From Trichinella spiralis (Eukaryota): DNA of 64,000 nucleotides. The stretch spans positions 1,005,444 to 1,069,443 of the forward strand of contig NW_003526948.1 in NCBI RefSeq assembly GCF_000181795.1, given 5' to 3'. The notes beneath the pieces are model-generated. The model saw only the letters and a list, made by a program, of their open reading frames with translations, had not been told where the DNA came from and ran no database searches. Below, in pieces: positions 43,925 through 58,100 of the stretch (position 1 is the stretch's first letter; every line of letters begins with the position of its first letter). Made by a program: the position numbers and the translations under genes.

Positions 43925-46900
43925 ATATTCTTGTTGTCAACGTAATTTGCAGCTTATTTAATTCAAATTTCTTATACAGTTATAAACAGATTGATAATAA
44001 ATTTTATTGAAAAAAAAACTGCTGAATATTAATGATTATATAAATCTGAGCTTTGGTTCTAGAAGCAGCGATGCTTTCTAGCTCAACGGCACTTTGTAAT
44101 TGACCAATGCTTGCAATAGTAGGCATTGTTGACCAAGTTATGATGACGAAGCACACGCGTTATAGAAAAACAGGTTTACACAGAATACACTGCGTCAACA
44201 GCCTATTCTGAATGCTTTAGTTCAATAAGCTTTAATCACGAATGTCTAGACAAACCTTGAAAACTCCATACCGTTTATTCATAACGTAACCTTCACTTGT
44301 TTACTGCAGCAGTCATCTTCTCCATGCAAGCAAACTGTTTCTATGACTACATGAAACTTTGACTTCCACTAAAATCGATAACTTCACTAAATTATCATAC
44401 GCATTTCAAATTCTCAGAAAAAAGACAACACTTCTATCAACGCAAATTGATTAACTGTTATTTTTACATGCTGTACATTATTTAAATATATTGAATTTTT
44501 TTAACATTTAAAATTGCGAAGAAAGATCAATATGTTTATTTATTATCAAAATTTCATTTTAAAAAATAACAAATCATTCACTTTTATTTTTTTTCAATTT
44601 TTCACTTTATTAAAAATCACATTTAGGTTTAAACGAAAAAAAATTTATAAAATGTATCGATTTGCAGTCTGAATTTAAATGCAACATTTTATAAAAAAGA
44701 ACTTGTTTAATTTAATAAATATTCTTTCCAATATGAAATTAAGTGTAAAATTAGAAATTTTGAAAATGAATACTCAGATGTGTTTGCGTTTTTAATTACA
44801 TTAGTAAATGATTTTCAAGTTTCTATTTCAAATAACTCGGCGCATCATGTATAAAAGATTTTAAAATTAATTTGTTTTAATGTATGATACAAATTACATA
44901 TATGAAAATTAGTTTTATGAATTTAATTATTATTCAGCTTTTTCGGAAAAGTTTAACACTGTAAATTATACTGTAGTGCTGATTTTAACATTGCTGAGCT
45001 GCTTTGTTTCTTTTTATATACCGTATTCATATGCACAATATGTAATTTTTCAAAAATGCTTTTTTACATTTTATGAAGTGCTTTTAGTATAAGTTTAAAG
45101 CCCATGCAATGCTCATTTTACGATGGTGACACAGCTTGCGGTCTGTACCTTCCTGGCTTGAAAAACAGACAGCAAGAGCATGTACCGTACCATCCGTGAG
45201 CCTTGTCAATCAAGCAGCAGAAACTGCGTGTAGACAGCCGCTCTGATAGTATACAAGTGGTATAAAAGAATGCTACAACCGCCGTCCAGCAAGTCAGATA
45301 GTCGGTTTAATGTATGCATGCTTCAAGTCTGATCCTGATCTTATATAGTCTGTCGTTAGTTGTATACAGTGTTATTGAGTTATATTCAACTTGAATAATT
45401 CTAATAATTAATTGAGTACATTATTTTTTCGGTGTTTTGATCAGCAAAGTAGCGTACCTAACAAACGCTTAGTTATACCCAGAGCTGAATAGACTGGACG
45501 AGCAGCCCAATACGTTGCATTTAATTTAGCAGCCTTGCTAATTTTTAAATGTTTTATTTAGAAAATAGCTTATTGCTAATTTTCACTTTTCATTTGTCAT
45601 TGATATGATATAGATCATGAATCATAAAGTATCTCATAGAATGCAGTTTTTATCCCTATGTCAAAACGGTTTCAAGGTTGAAATACTTTATTTTTATTAT
45701 GCTAGAGAACAACGAAGACAATAATTTGATAAATTTAAATCTGTTTTCTTAGAATTTCTAATAAAATGCTTGTAATATTTCAAGGTTATCATATTTATTT
45801 ATATTTGTTACAAACCAAGACCTAGAAGATAATCTGATGATCATACACTATAATTTATGTGAATTATCAGTTAATAAAAGTTTCAGTGTGGGTTATTGGC
45901 CTTTTTACTTCTAGGTGCCAGAAATTTGTTTTTTTAATATCTACTGCTTTATAAAAAGCTTTTATCGAGTACCTGGCAGTTTTAATTACTGCAGAGAAAA
46001 AAGTAGAGCGCAAATATCATCCCAACTTCTGCATATTCATGTACATGTGCTATATCATATATTGACAACTTGCAATTTTTTGTTTATATCTTAATGGCCA
46101 TCGTTCTTTCAGTTTATATGCCATTTTCTTATTTGTTTTGTAAGTAAATTTGATAAAAGCTTCAATAAGAAAAAGCTATCAGTCAAAGTACTACAACTAT
46201 ATGTCCCACATTGAACTTGTGGTTCGAAAAAAATTTTGTCATTGCAAAAAACAATGTCAGAGTCATCAACAAAGAAATCAATTAAAGTTTGAAGTTTTGG
46301 AGTTCTTTACAGCATAAGCAATTGTTAAAAATTAAGGCTATATATGCTTGAAATCGATGCATCATATACGAGATACCAAATCACAGAGAAGTTCAAAACA
46401 GCATCATTTATTGTCATAATTTTTACTTTCGCTTCTTTCCTCATTGTTGATTAATTTATCATTGATATTATCAATCTGTTATTCACTTCGTATGGACGTT
46501 GCTTAAATCATGTAACAGTATAAATGCAAATATCATGGTTGCAAATTGTTTTCATTATTTGAATAATGCTTTCTAATAAAATGCCATTTGAACTGTTTGC
46601 TTATTGGATGATTTTTACAGCTTAGCATCCCAAAAATTATATGATAAATATATTTTAGTCTAGCTTTTATAATTCATATTTATTCTATGGTTAATCTTGT
46701 TGTGCTAATGTACTATTAATTTTGCGTAGTCACATAAAAGCAGAATATATATATATATATACATTGCGGATATTAGTGATAATTGTGGGTTTTCTGATTG
46801 CTTATTTGTATTTCACATTTATAGGGCAAGATGACCTTGCTCATTTGAGTGGAGTGCTTGTCAAAGCAATGCCAACATATAATTAGGTATTGTTGCACTG

Positions 46901-47721
46901 TGGAGACTGGAAAAAAGCAAGTCAGGTGAAGAGTGGCAACAGTGAACAAGGCTTGAAATTGCTATATGACCGACCGATTGGCAGGCGTCAATCAAAGCAT
47001 CGGATGTCAAGCCGGTTACGTACTTTACATGGAAACAAGTTTTTCAAAAACAACCTTGAGTTGTAATCCGATCTAGGCATGCCTAGGGACAATGTTCTGA
47101 TAAGATGTATGCTTGAAAAAACCACAATGCATAGGTGAACTTCAAAAGTTGTGCTATTTTTTGGCAAATAACATCCTGCAAACTGCCTATTGGTCTATGA
47201 CCAACTGTTGACCTGACGATTGCTAATATGCAATGCGTACAAGAACATTGTAATCTAGTTGATTAAGTACACGCTTTTGTTTGTAAAGGACATTTTTCGA
47301 ATTACCTGAAATTTGCCGTGGCACTGGTATAATTTTTCCAATCTAACTAATATCATATACTTCGACCCATCACTAGCGCACCCTAGCGGATGTTTGCAAG
47401 CTGTGTTTTGGTTGGTCGAATCTGACAAATGCTTGTCCATTGCCGGCTGCTTGTCCTTTTACTTGCTGTCAGTTGTTTTAGTCATTCGCGCATTCCGGTC
47501 GGTCAACCATCGGCTAACGAAATCTCTGTTCAATCACTGCTTTGATCGGTCAACAACTAATCACACATATTATATCTATATATATATATATATGTATATT
47601 CCAGTGCTAATTCAATAACAATCTTTAATTTGATCAATTCCATTGTTCAAGACCTGTCATCTAACCAGACTGTACTGTTCTAAGGGAACTTTTACAAAAG
47701 AGAATAGAAAATTTTTTTACC

Positions 47722-50700
47722 ATGAATTCTACTGCTTCGGATCAATTCAGTGCTAGCATTTTATCAAACAGTGAACAAATGGAAAATAAACAATCTGCAT
47801 TGTTTGATAAGTTAAGACGAAATGTGGAATTTGGTCGTGGTAAACTGACAGTTTTAAATGCACCAGAAAATGATGCTTCTCTATCATCAGCTGCTAAATT
47901 AGAAGAACTCAGAGACAGTATGGTAAGTTGTATTACATTTTATTCTATTGTATTACATACGTACATATTTGTGTGTGTGTGTATGAATAAATCATTGAGC
48001 AAATAAAAAAATTAATTTCCTATTTTCATTGGCTTTTAAGCCCATGTTTTATAAATATTCGTTTTCATTCAATTTTAAAAATATATCTGTTCTGCGCGCT
48101 TACTTTCAGGTCAATATACATTTAGAAAAAAAAGGAACAGAATGTCTGTTGGTTTAGTAGTAATTGAATTGAATTTTACGGTGTACTTGTTATTTCTAAT
48201 GCATGCCATACAGTGATCACATGGCATCTGGTTCGGTTAATTCTTTTGAGAATAAATACCAAGGTGAAGCTTTTCAATGATTGATATGCTCATCTGGAAG
48301 ATGGCCCATTTTTCATCACCTTTTTATTCAATTGCGCTTGACTATAATGTACAACATGCCCTTATCGCCGTGGCAGATGGTATCTAGCCGGATGCATCGT
48401 GTGCAGCTTATTTCCGCCACAATGGCATGTTTTCATTCAAATTAATTTTCAAGTTAAAATTCTAAGTTTGAAATTTCAACAAGGTTTAAACAGCAGTTTT
48501 AAAAATACGATATGATTATTAATCAGGAGTGTACGATGATTGAAAACGGATTGCGGCCGCCGACAATTAAAATTCATTATTATTGTCTATTATTATTATT
48601 ATTATTATCCATGAATTGAGTTAGTATCACTTTCACTGTACAACAATAGGACGAAAACTTTTCAAGTAAGTCAATTCCATTGGAGCTTTTCCAAAGAGAA
48701 CAAAAATAATCCGGTCTGTTTATCAGAGCTAAATATTTTTTCAACTATTAGCTTGTACGTTAATGAAAAGCAAGATGTGAGGGAGAAACGATTACTGCTT
48801 GGCTCTCTTGGGTGAAAGGTAACTTTTAATTTATGAAATTTCAGTCATTCAAGTGTAGAAAAATATTCAGTATTGCATACTAAGGCTATGGAATGCTGAA
48901 TCAATGATCAATAAAAAGCGACTCGTCTGATTAGAGAAATTTTCATTCCTATTATTGAGATTGAAAATTTTTGCATAAAATGATGAACATTTTGCAAAAG
49001 CAAGAAAAGAGCGATCATCGAAAAATTAGGTCAGATGAAACCAGGCTAAGCTATTGGGAAATTGATTCGAAAATTTTATTTACTGCTAGTTAAAGTGAGG
49101 GCACATATTTAAATGTTATGCTTATGTTATTTTTCTTAAATTACATTTACCGTAATTTTTGAAGTGAAAAAATAGCTAGATTTTTAATATAAAGTTGATT
49201 TCAGAGATTATGTAAAATCAAAATTCTGCACAAAACGGAAATCAACGGTTCGTTTTATTTATTTCAGTTGTTGTCATTGGAGAGTAATCAATCGAAATTT
49301 TGAAATTGATCCTCTCAGCGGGATAGATACCTTAATACAAAGTAATGACACATGGCAAAAATTAAACAAAAAGCACAAATTTCACACACACACACACACA
49401 CACACACAAGCGGATTTATGTTCAATAAAATAAAAAATTCGAAAAGTACTGCATAATGGGATATGTTTTATGCACAGAAAGTTGTGTTTTTTTAACGTCA
49501 ATAAATGTAAATTAAAAATATATACACAATGCAGTACAGATTGTAATTATTATATTGTAAAATTATCTTTCTTTTATATCTAAGATGAACAGAACATTTA
49601 TCCGATTTCAGTAACATTAATTAGATAAACTAGATATTCAAACAAATACGGTTGGATAGATTAAGAGAAAAAGTTTACATGTGGGAAAATTTTTACAGTC
49701 AAATCAATAAATCAATAAAAGAAAATGTAACCATTTTAAAACTAATTTAATGTCCTTGCAAGCATAGCATTAATGAAAAACTTATTTTTAATTTTTACAA
49801 ATGCATTTACCCTCATTTTTAATAGAATATTTTCTTCTTTTCGTTTGAAACGAAATTTGATCTATTGCATTATGATGGCTGGATTAAGTGGGAACAATTT
49901 CACTAATGTTTAGTTAGCAGACAGTTGTTGGGTTGCATTAAGCCATTCAGCTTATAATTTGTAGTTCATTACTGCAAAATTTTTTATATTTTTATTCCAT
50001 TCAGTAAAACGATATGCTGAACAAGAAATTGCTTATCTTACTTAATTGGATAAATAATCACTTGATTAACATCAGTTCTTCAAGTTTTTCCGTTTAAGTA
50101 ATAATCCTTTCAGCATCGCTTTGATTGATATTACTGTCAAATTTTGGCAAATGAATAAATTAATGAAATTTTATTAACAGCATGATCAAGTAAGTAACAA
50201 GCATTGTTATGAAATGAAGCATTTATCATTAATTTCATTGGCATCTTCATCGCTAATATGATATGTTGAATTGCAAATGTTCTTTCTTGAAGCACGGTAC
50301 TTGTTGTATTTATTATTCTTCAAATTAATAAAACGAAAAATAGTAGCATTTTATTTGCGTAAATTAAAAAGTTTTAATCATTAAGAAAACCCAATTTTTT
50401 TCATTCTGTCACGCCAAAAATAGATAAGTATAAAAATTCATTCACGCTGCATTGCTCTGCAGTTAGCAATTAGCAAATCAGAGAGCATCGCAAGTGGCCA
50501 GGCTTAACAATATACGCACGCTGACCAATTGTTCTTCGGTCTGAATGGCATTGTAGCAGATAGCACCTTGGCAAAAATCCAGACAGTAGCAATTGTATAA
50601 CCTTGTCTAGCTATTTGGCATTACTATCCTCTTGTCAACATCTGTATTTGAGCACTTTTGTAACGCAGCTGTTCGTAGCCTTGCTTTATTATAATCCATT

Positions 50701-52584
50701 ATTTTTGTAAAAAAGGAAAAAGCTTCTTTTTTTGCAAATTTTTTTCATTCATTGATTTTTTCAAGAAAATTAGGTAACGCAAATTCAAAACGAGCTAAAA
50801 TCATTCTGCTACTTCGATTCTTTAATTCAGAAAATAATAATGATAAATTTAATATCAAATTATTGAAATATAAATACTTGCATGTATATTTGTATAATTT
50901 TGCTTATTGTTATAAGCTGCTGTAAAATGGCAGCAATTGAATTAATGGACCAATATTAACTATTAATTTAATTGAACATTGTCGCATGTCATCGTTTCAC
51001 TTTGGGTCGCGCATTTCAATAAGGCAACGAATTCACTTCTTATTGAAAAAGTCAGCGTGACACCGGTAGTCGATATACAACTTTTACATGACACCAATTT
51101 TATTGACAAAAATAACGGCCAACAATCAATTGTATAAAATTCATCGTTGCAAGTACAAAAATTCAATACTTTCAAAATCTTAAACCACCAATTATAATTA
51201 TGCAAAATCATGCTAAATTAAGAAAATTGTACGCAATTTTCATGCTTCAAAATGACAATTTATCAGCTCTTTTAATGATCATACGGTAATTGCTGCAAAA
51301 CACCCATTACTGTAAAAAGTTTAAAAAATGTTCAAAAAATTTGTTTCACTCCATTGCACATAATTTTCTTAATGGATATTTTTTATGAAAAAAAAATTGA
51401 CATGTTGTTATAATTTGTTGCTATTGCTTCGATTGTAAGTACCTAGTAAATATTTTCTTCTAAATATTCATTCGATCTGTGTAATATGCGTTTGCATACG
51501 ATTTTCAGCTGCAAAACCGCTCACATCATATTTTATGCATTGCTTTATTTGTTGCTATGATGAATAACTTTGCACGACTTGTACTTGCAACTGATTTTAA
51601 TACTACAATTTGCGTAAACTGCTTTTTTAATTCTAAATTCCAGTTTTAAATATCTTAAAATGCAGGTCAATTATTTAACAATAGGCGACGAAAAATTTGT
51701 CTTCATGACAAATGAACGGAATTTTTATATGCAAAGTGAAATTGAAAAATCGTCTTCAATGCAGCATGTGCAATAAATTTAAAATGTTTGTTGTCAATTA
51801 TTTCTTATAAAATTATGTTTTCCCATTGAATTTTAACAAAGCAACTTTTAAAATGTTGCAACTATTTCAAGTATGTGTTGTGCTGAAAAAGGAGGAATTT
51901 TCATATATTGTCAGAGCAATTTTCATTTTTAAAATTATTCGAATATTATTATTCCAGTTTTCGCTCATTGTAAATAGTTATGTATTTTTAGAATAATTAT
52001 AAAAAAACTTTTTTTACAGAAAACAAACTTATTCATTAAAACTATTAAAAATTTATATTTAGATTGCTCTAATGGATACTGATGCAACTCTGTTGAAACA
52101 AATGGAAGCGCTACGAGAAGCTATTGAAAATTTAAAAACAGTTTCATTGGTAACTGCATTTTCGTTATCTAGTGGCAGCTCGTTGGAAGATCTCGATGAA
52201 TGCAATTGTGAAATAACAAATTTAAATTGTGAATCAATCGAATCGCAGGAAGAATTTCCCGGCAAACGTTATTTCTCCAGACAAAACTCTGTTTTACGGA
52301 TTCCAATACCACCGACTCGTTTGAGAGGCAAACGCTTCAGTCCAGGAGAATTGGGCTTAGCTGCCAAGATGCAGCAACGGCCACTTTCAGATGCATCCTT
52401 CACTTCATCATCAAGTAAAGGGCAAGAAGATGCTCATGAAAAAGGAATTGCTTGTAATGAGAGTCCGGTAAAAATTACTACAACTTATGCAGAAAGTTTG
52501 GCAGTCAACCATGATTGTCAAAGTTCCTTTGATTCTGGTATTCATTTAACTCACAACGACGACAAAGAAGACTTTTACATGTAA
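47722..52584 (+). CDS. FAM89/LURAP1-like leucine-rich adaptor protein
   Basis: Exon 1 47722-47922 (ATG|GTAAGT) joins exon 2 52063-52584 (TTTAG|ATT) in phase 0. The join gives AKLEELRDSMIALMDTDATLLKQMEALREAIENLK, resembling the FAM89/LURAP 'L..EM..L...D..LL.QL..L.E.I...K' helix. Confidence 0.7.
49383..49408. repeat. (CA)n microsatellite
   Basis: About 13 CA units visible. Confidence 0.9.
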
Positions 52585-53269
52585 AAATGTCTATTATCGT
52601 TCTACTATAATTCAGACGGGTGCGCCGTGTGCACAAATCGTTCTGCTTTTCTTTGAGACGAATTTCAATTTTATGCACAACTTTTCTTTTATTCTTCTGC
52701 TTTCTAAAATTTACTTCTTCCATATTATTATTATTATTATTATAAATTTTCTTCCCCCATATTTATTATTGTTATTATTTCATTTCCACGAATGACTTTG
52801 CTGTGATTTATTTTGATATACGAAACAAAATTGCATTTATTTTATAAATATATTTTTTGAAAATTAAAGTTAAAATAAGATAATTGTTTGCATTTTAAGA
52901 TTTTCAGTTGAACGAACTGACGAACGTGAATGTCACTTTTGAGAACCACTTTCACACTATAGCATAAGCAGAATGTTTAAGATTAATAAATAAATAGAAA
53001 ATAAAATTTCGTGAATTCGTATCATTAAATAAGAAAGAATGTAGACATTCTTTTTTTAAGATTCTGCAAAACTGTGATTACAGTAAGATAAAATTGTACT
53101 TTTTACTATAAAGAATTTACAAAATACTGTAATATTTTTAATTAATTTTAATTGAAAAAAGTAGACTTAAAATAATTTGAAGAACTGAAGAATAATAATA
53201 ATATAAAATTTATTTTTATTTCAGATATTTAATATATGCTGAAGTTATGTTATAACCGATAAGCTAAAG

Positions 53270-54448
53270 ATGAATTCACTTTTATTGAGAGGAATGGCTA
53301 ATTTTTTAAGTAAGTATATATTACGAATTATTTTTTTGTACATTTTAATTTTAAACATTCTTCTACGATTATTTATTTTGTTTTTTAGACGTAAAACAGT
53401 GCTTAGTATTGACTTCTTCAGGGATAAAAATGGTAGAAACTCCAGTTGAATTTGGACGTAGGTTTGTTAACTTTTGAATACCTATTTTAACTCTCTTCAT
53501 TTAAGCTGTGATTTTCCCACCGAATGACCAGCGTACATTACCTATTGTACTGAAAACTCCGATATTTAATCCTTCCATAGGTGAATATCCAAAATATGCT
53601 ACAAGGAGACTGATTGAAATTCGTGGGCCAGAGCTTATCAATAATAAGTTGATTCATCAGCAGTATGGTGTCCGAGTATGAATTAGCGTTTATTGTTTTT
53701 TTAAATTTTATTATGGAATAATCGAAATTTTCTTGATCAATGTTTTATAAGAAGTAATTTAAATACTTTTAAATGGTGTGCAGCTTTTAATGAATCATTT
53801 GAATGCTGCCTGAATAAAGTAAACTGTTGACATTATTAGGAAAGAAATTATATTTCAAATAGGTTTGTTGAATTCAATAAACTGATTTTTATTCATAAAT
53901 TAAATAGTTTAAAGTTGAAATGATTTTAGGCAGTGCGTGGTGGTTTTTTGCATCACAATCATTTTGAAACTATCAGAAAAAAGGTGAATCCTTGGATAAC
54001 AAAAAATTCTTTTGCCATATGGCGCGTTGATCCACCGTGGTTGCCACGTACAAAAGTACCGCAAGGAATGAAGCTTGGAGGTGGAAAGCGATCTATTCAT
54101 CATTACGTTACTCCCGTACGTGCTGGAAGGATAATCATTGAATACGGTGGTTACGTAACTATCGACGAGGTGAGATGAATAAAATTGCTTTTTAAAATGT
54201 TTTTTTACTGTTTGCCTTTAATTTCATGATAGGCACTAAGAATATTGAAGAATGTTGCGATTTCACTTCCATTTCCTGCTGAAATGGTTACACAAGAAGA
54301 TCTTGTTGAAGAAGAGAAGACGAAGAAATATATAGAGGAAAACAATCGTAACTTATACACTTGGGAGTTTTTGATGAAGTGGAATATGCAAAACTGTTCT
54401 CGATGGCTTTCACAATACGACTACATTTGGGGTGGAAAATATAGATGA
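53270..54448 (+). CDS. MRPL16: 39S mitochondrial ribosomal protein L16 (uL16m)
   Basis: Exons 53270-53309, 53389-53457, 53506-53675, 53930-54169, 54233-54448. Motifs IRGPELINNKLIHQQYGVRAVRGGFLHHNHFETIR, FAIWRVDPPWLPRTKVPQGMKLGGGKRSIHHYVTPVRAGRIIIE and NMQNCSRWLSQYD. Confidence 0.95.
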
Positions 54449-55100
54449 TACAGGCATGTGTGATGCTGGATTGATGAATAAAATTTGAAAATGTCAACAA
54501 TTCTTATTTTATGAGACAACTGTCCTTATTGCGTTCTATAATGAAGCACAGCAATATTATATCAGTTTCAAAGTGAATATTGAACCACACAAATTGAGGC
54601 ATTTTATAATATTTATTTAATTTTATATTATCATTTATTTGTGAAACCAGTATATCTGACAGATCTGTTTCATTTATCAGTTCATTTATTCTTAATCCTA
54701 ATTTTTCTCTGGGAAACAGATTAGCACATAATTTATCAATGTCACATCAATTTATTGAATGTTTTTCAGCAGTTCTTCATAATTCATGATCACTGATTTA
54801 TTCAGTGTTGAAATTTAATAAGCCAAATTTTAAAGACGCTTTTCACATATAAATTAATAGTAACTGTTGCACATGCATTATTAAAGTAATTTGTATGATA
54901 AAATTAATTTTTATTATTACAAATACACATACAAGGAAACATAAGTATACAAACGTATTGCATTACATTAAAATGTTTTGCATTTATTTTTAAAGTTGAA
55001 TGGTTTTGGAATTAAGTGTGAAGCTAAAATAATATGTAACTCAAAATCAGTTGTATGTTTTATTCAGTGTAAAATAATTTATTATTATGGACGAACAAAA

Positions 55101-55105
<5 letters not shown>

Positions 55106-55131
<26 letters not shown>
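55106..55131. repeat. (TA)n microsatellite
   Basis: About 13 TA units visible. Confidence 0.9.
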
Positions 55132-55137
<6 letters not shown>

Positions 55138-58100
55138 GGTGTGTGTTTGTGTGGTAGTTTTCATTGAATTTTTCAATCTCAGCAGAGTGGTAGTAGTTGC
55201 AGTTGTAGTTGTGATTGTAGCAGTAGATCAATGACCCCTAAATGAGCTGAGAACATAATTGACCGTTTGCAGCCCACTGCTAGATTTGTAAAAACTCTCC
55301 ATGCATTGCCAGTATTCATAAATAATATGTTAAATAAATTCGATTCCTTCATGACCAATCCAATCGATTGCGATCTGTCAGAACATGGTGTTTTGTTTGG
55401 TTGGTTGGGCCAAACGTTAAACATTGAAGCAACTGCCGTGTTCAATTGGCATTTAAGTGGTAATAATATTTGTTGACAACAGCATATTATATGCCTGATT
55501 AGCACGATATTTTTCATCGTCATTCCAATTTTCAAAAAGTGTAAAGTGATTATTGAATGATGTCGTCTCATACTCTAATAAAAATCTTCACTCTTTCAGC
55601 AGTATAAGGATATATACAGTCATAATTTTTTTTATTGTGTTTTATTTAAAAATTACTTTTCAATACAACTTCAACTATAAAGTAATTTTGTAAAATTGAT
55701 GCAAAAGTTTGAATATTTGACAAAATATTATTCAGTTTTCAAATAGAAATGAAAATTGCACATTTATCCAAGTAATAAAACATACTGTGATTGATGAAAA
55801 GTGTGATACAGCAGCAATTTTAAGCAGTATGCTTTTCCAAAAGTGAAAACAACGACAAGAATGCAATAAGCAATATTGTAAATGTTTGTATTGTATTTTT
55901 TGATTTGAAACTTTAATATTGGGTTAAGTTTTTTCAAATTTAGTATTTTCTATTAAATTTCCAATTTCAGCAACACAAGGACATGTATGTTCATACTGAA
56001 TGCATTTTATTGAATAAAAAACAAGCAAGGATTCGTAAATATATTGCGTAACGACTAACTGCTCTGCGCATCTATGATAATTTTATTTTAAAATATTCCA
56101 AAAGTTCTGTTTGTTAAAGTTTATACACTTTTTAAAATTGTTTATCCCTTTTCATTTACCAGAAGCAATATGCATGCATATTAATAATTGTAGTTGAAAA
56201 TTTTCATATTTCAAATTTGAACTTTTCAACGGATTTTATTTTTCTGAACAGCCTGATTGATGAACGATTAGATTATCAAGTCTAGGCATTTCAAAATTTG
56301 GATGTGAGAAATGGACGATAGTTGTGCGATGAGCGACGAGCAACCATCGTTGTTGATTGGCGACTCTCTGTCGTTACCATTGATTCTTTTCGTTGAGACC
56401 GAGTTAGCGTGATATGTAAGCGTTTAGGCACCTATTGAATGAGACAAAAATGACCGAAAGTTTGATTAAATCGGACAGACATTAAAATATTTCCCCCCAA
56501 TTTTGCTGGTAATCGAAAAATGAGTTATAACGACTAGAGGGAAGTCTTTTTTTCTGTTTTCGTATTTACTTATTTATTTTGCTTTTATTTTGAAATTAGC
56601 GCCAAACAGCGTCGTCTGTTGATAAAGTCAGTATTTTTCTTGCCTTTTTACAATTGTGCCGGCACCATATCCATTATCATCAATCAGTTCAAAAAGTTCA
56701 ATCATCAAGCATCAAATTACCAACCTCTACGATCGTGATGATCACTAAGCATCCCTTATCAACTCTGGAGTAAGTCATTTTATATTATCTGATTTCAAAT
56801 TTCAAAGCAATATTTCAAAAGAAGAAAATCTACCTTTCAAAATCTCATTATAAGACAAAGGAACATGTGAAAAGGATGAAGATAGTCTTTGAAAAATGTA
56901 TGTCAGAAATTATCAATTGAAATCAACAATTATTTGCATATTTACGATAGGCAGTATCATTAGTGAAAATTGTTCATTCAACATTTTCGTTTCTCCAATA
57001 TTTACATATATTTGGATAGCTTTTATTTTTAATGCAGTTCTTTTAGTTAAAGAAACTTTTCAAAAGTAGTAATTTAAAAATTTTCAAATCAGATATTAGC
57101 ATAACATTTGTCATTTATGAATGAATATTTAATAATTTTACTTATTTGCTGTTCAAGAACGCAGTTGAAAAATTTGAAGTGCAGTTTTGAAAAACATTTT
57201 CCCTTTTTTCTAACTTTTGTTATTATTCAGTTTATTGTGAAATTGTATTCTTGAACAGTTACGATAATGTAAACTTTGCAATTATGGGAGCAAGCATGTA
57301 AAAATATGACTGAAATTTATTGATGAATGATTTGACAATTTTTAATTTCTTTTCAAGTTACATCATACATGTAAGTTATAACAAAATATATTCAAGAAGA
57401 AGAAGTATACATGTTAGTTAAGACTCATAACAGAAAGTCAGTGTGGAGGAAAACTTTGAACAAGTTTTAATATATTATTAACAAAACCGTATATATATAT
57501 ATATATCAATCCATTGGTAAGAACTTTACAAAAGTTGAGTTAGGAAAAATGTTTTCAAGGCAAAGAAATCTACTAAATTGCAATGCTTATATTTTTAGAA
57601 TAAAATAATACTTTAAACCAAGTTACTTAAATTATACTTCAGAGAAGTGGTCGTCGGTTGCATAGATTTTCCATATCATTGAAGCAAATTTTTAAGAGTT
57701 TGTTATTTGAAATAGCTTTTTAAAGAGAATGACTTTAAAACCAACTGAAACAGTGAATGCATCTATATATGTTTGTTCTCAGCTTATGGGAAAAGGGAGT
57801 GTAAAAGAACTTTTCAAAAGTAATTTTCTACATTGAATACTGAAAACAAACTGTTCAATTTAATTGGTCATGTTTGAGCTTGATAGTAAATAGCGCTTCT
57901 TCTTCTACTTTTTAAAATTCTCGAGTGTGTATGATGAAGAAATGTGTTAGATCAATTTCGGACAAACGATAGTATGTCTCTGGGCACGAAAGCGTTTTCC
58001 TTTCCGGTTATCGACTTGGTCGGCAATAAATTCAGTTTCCTTGAGATTTAATAATGCAAGATGAAGCTGAAACCGACAACAGTATATTGTTAATTAGGGA

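Noticed and set aside
46822..46900. GGCAAGATG (miR-31/72 seed-like) followed by imperfect hairpins
   Set aside because: Match is limited to the seed, and no convincing pre-miRNA stem contains it.
55179..55571. 130-aa minus-strand ORF and 69-aa plus-strand ORF
   Set aside because: No recognisable domain and it ends in simple repeat; a different frame looks more exon-like.
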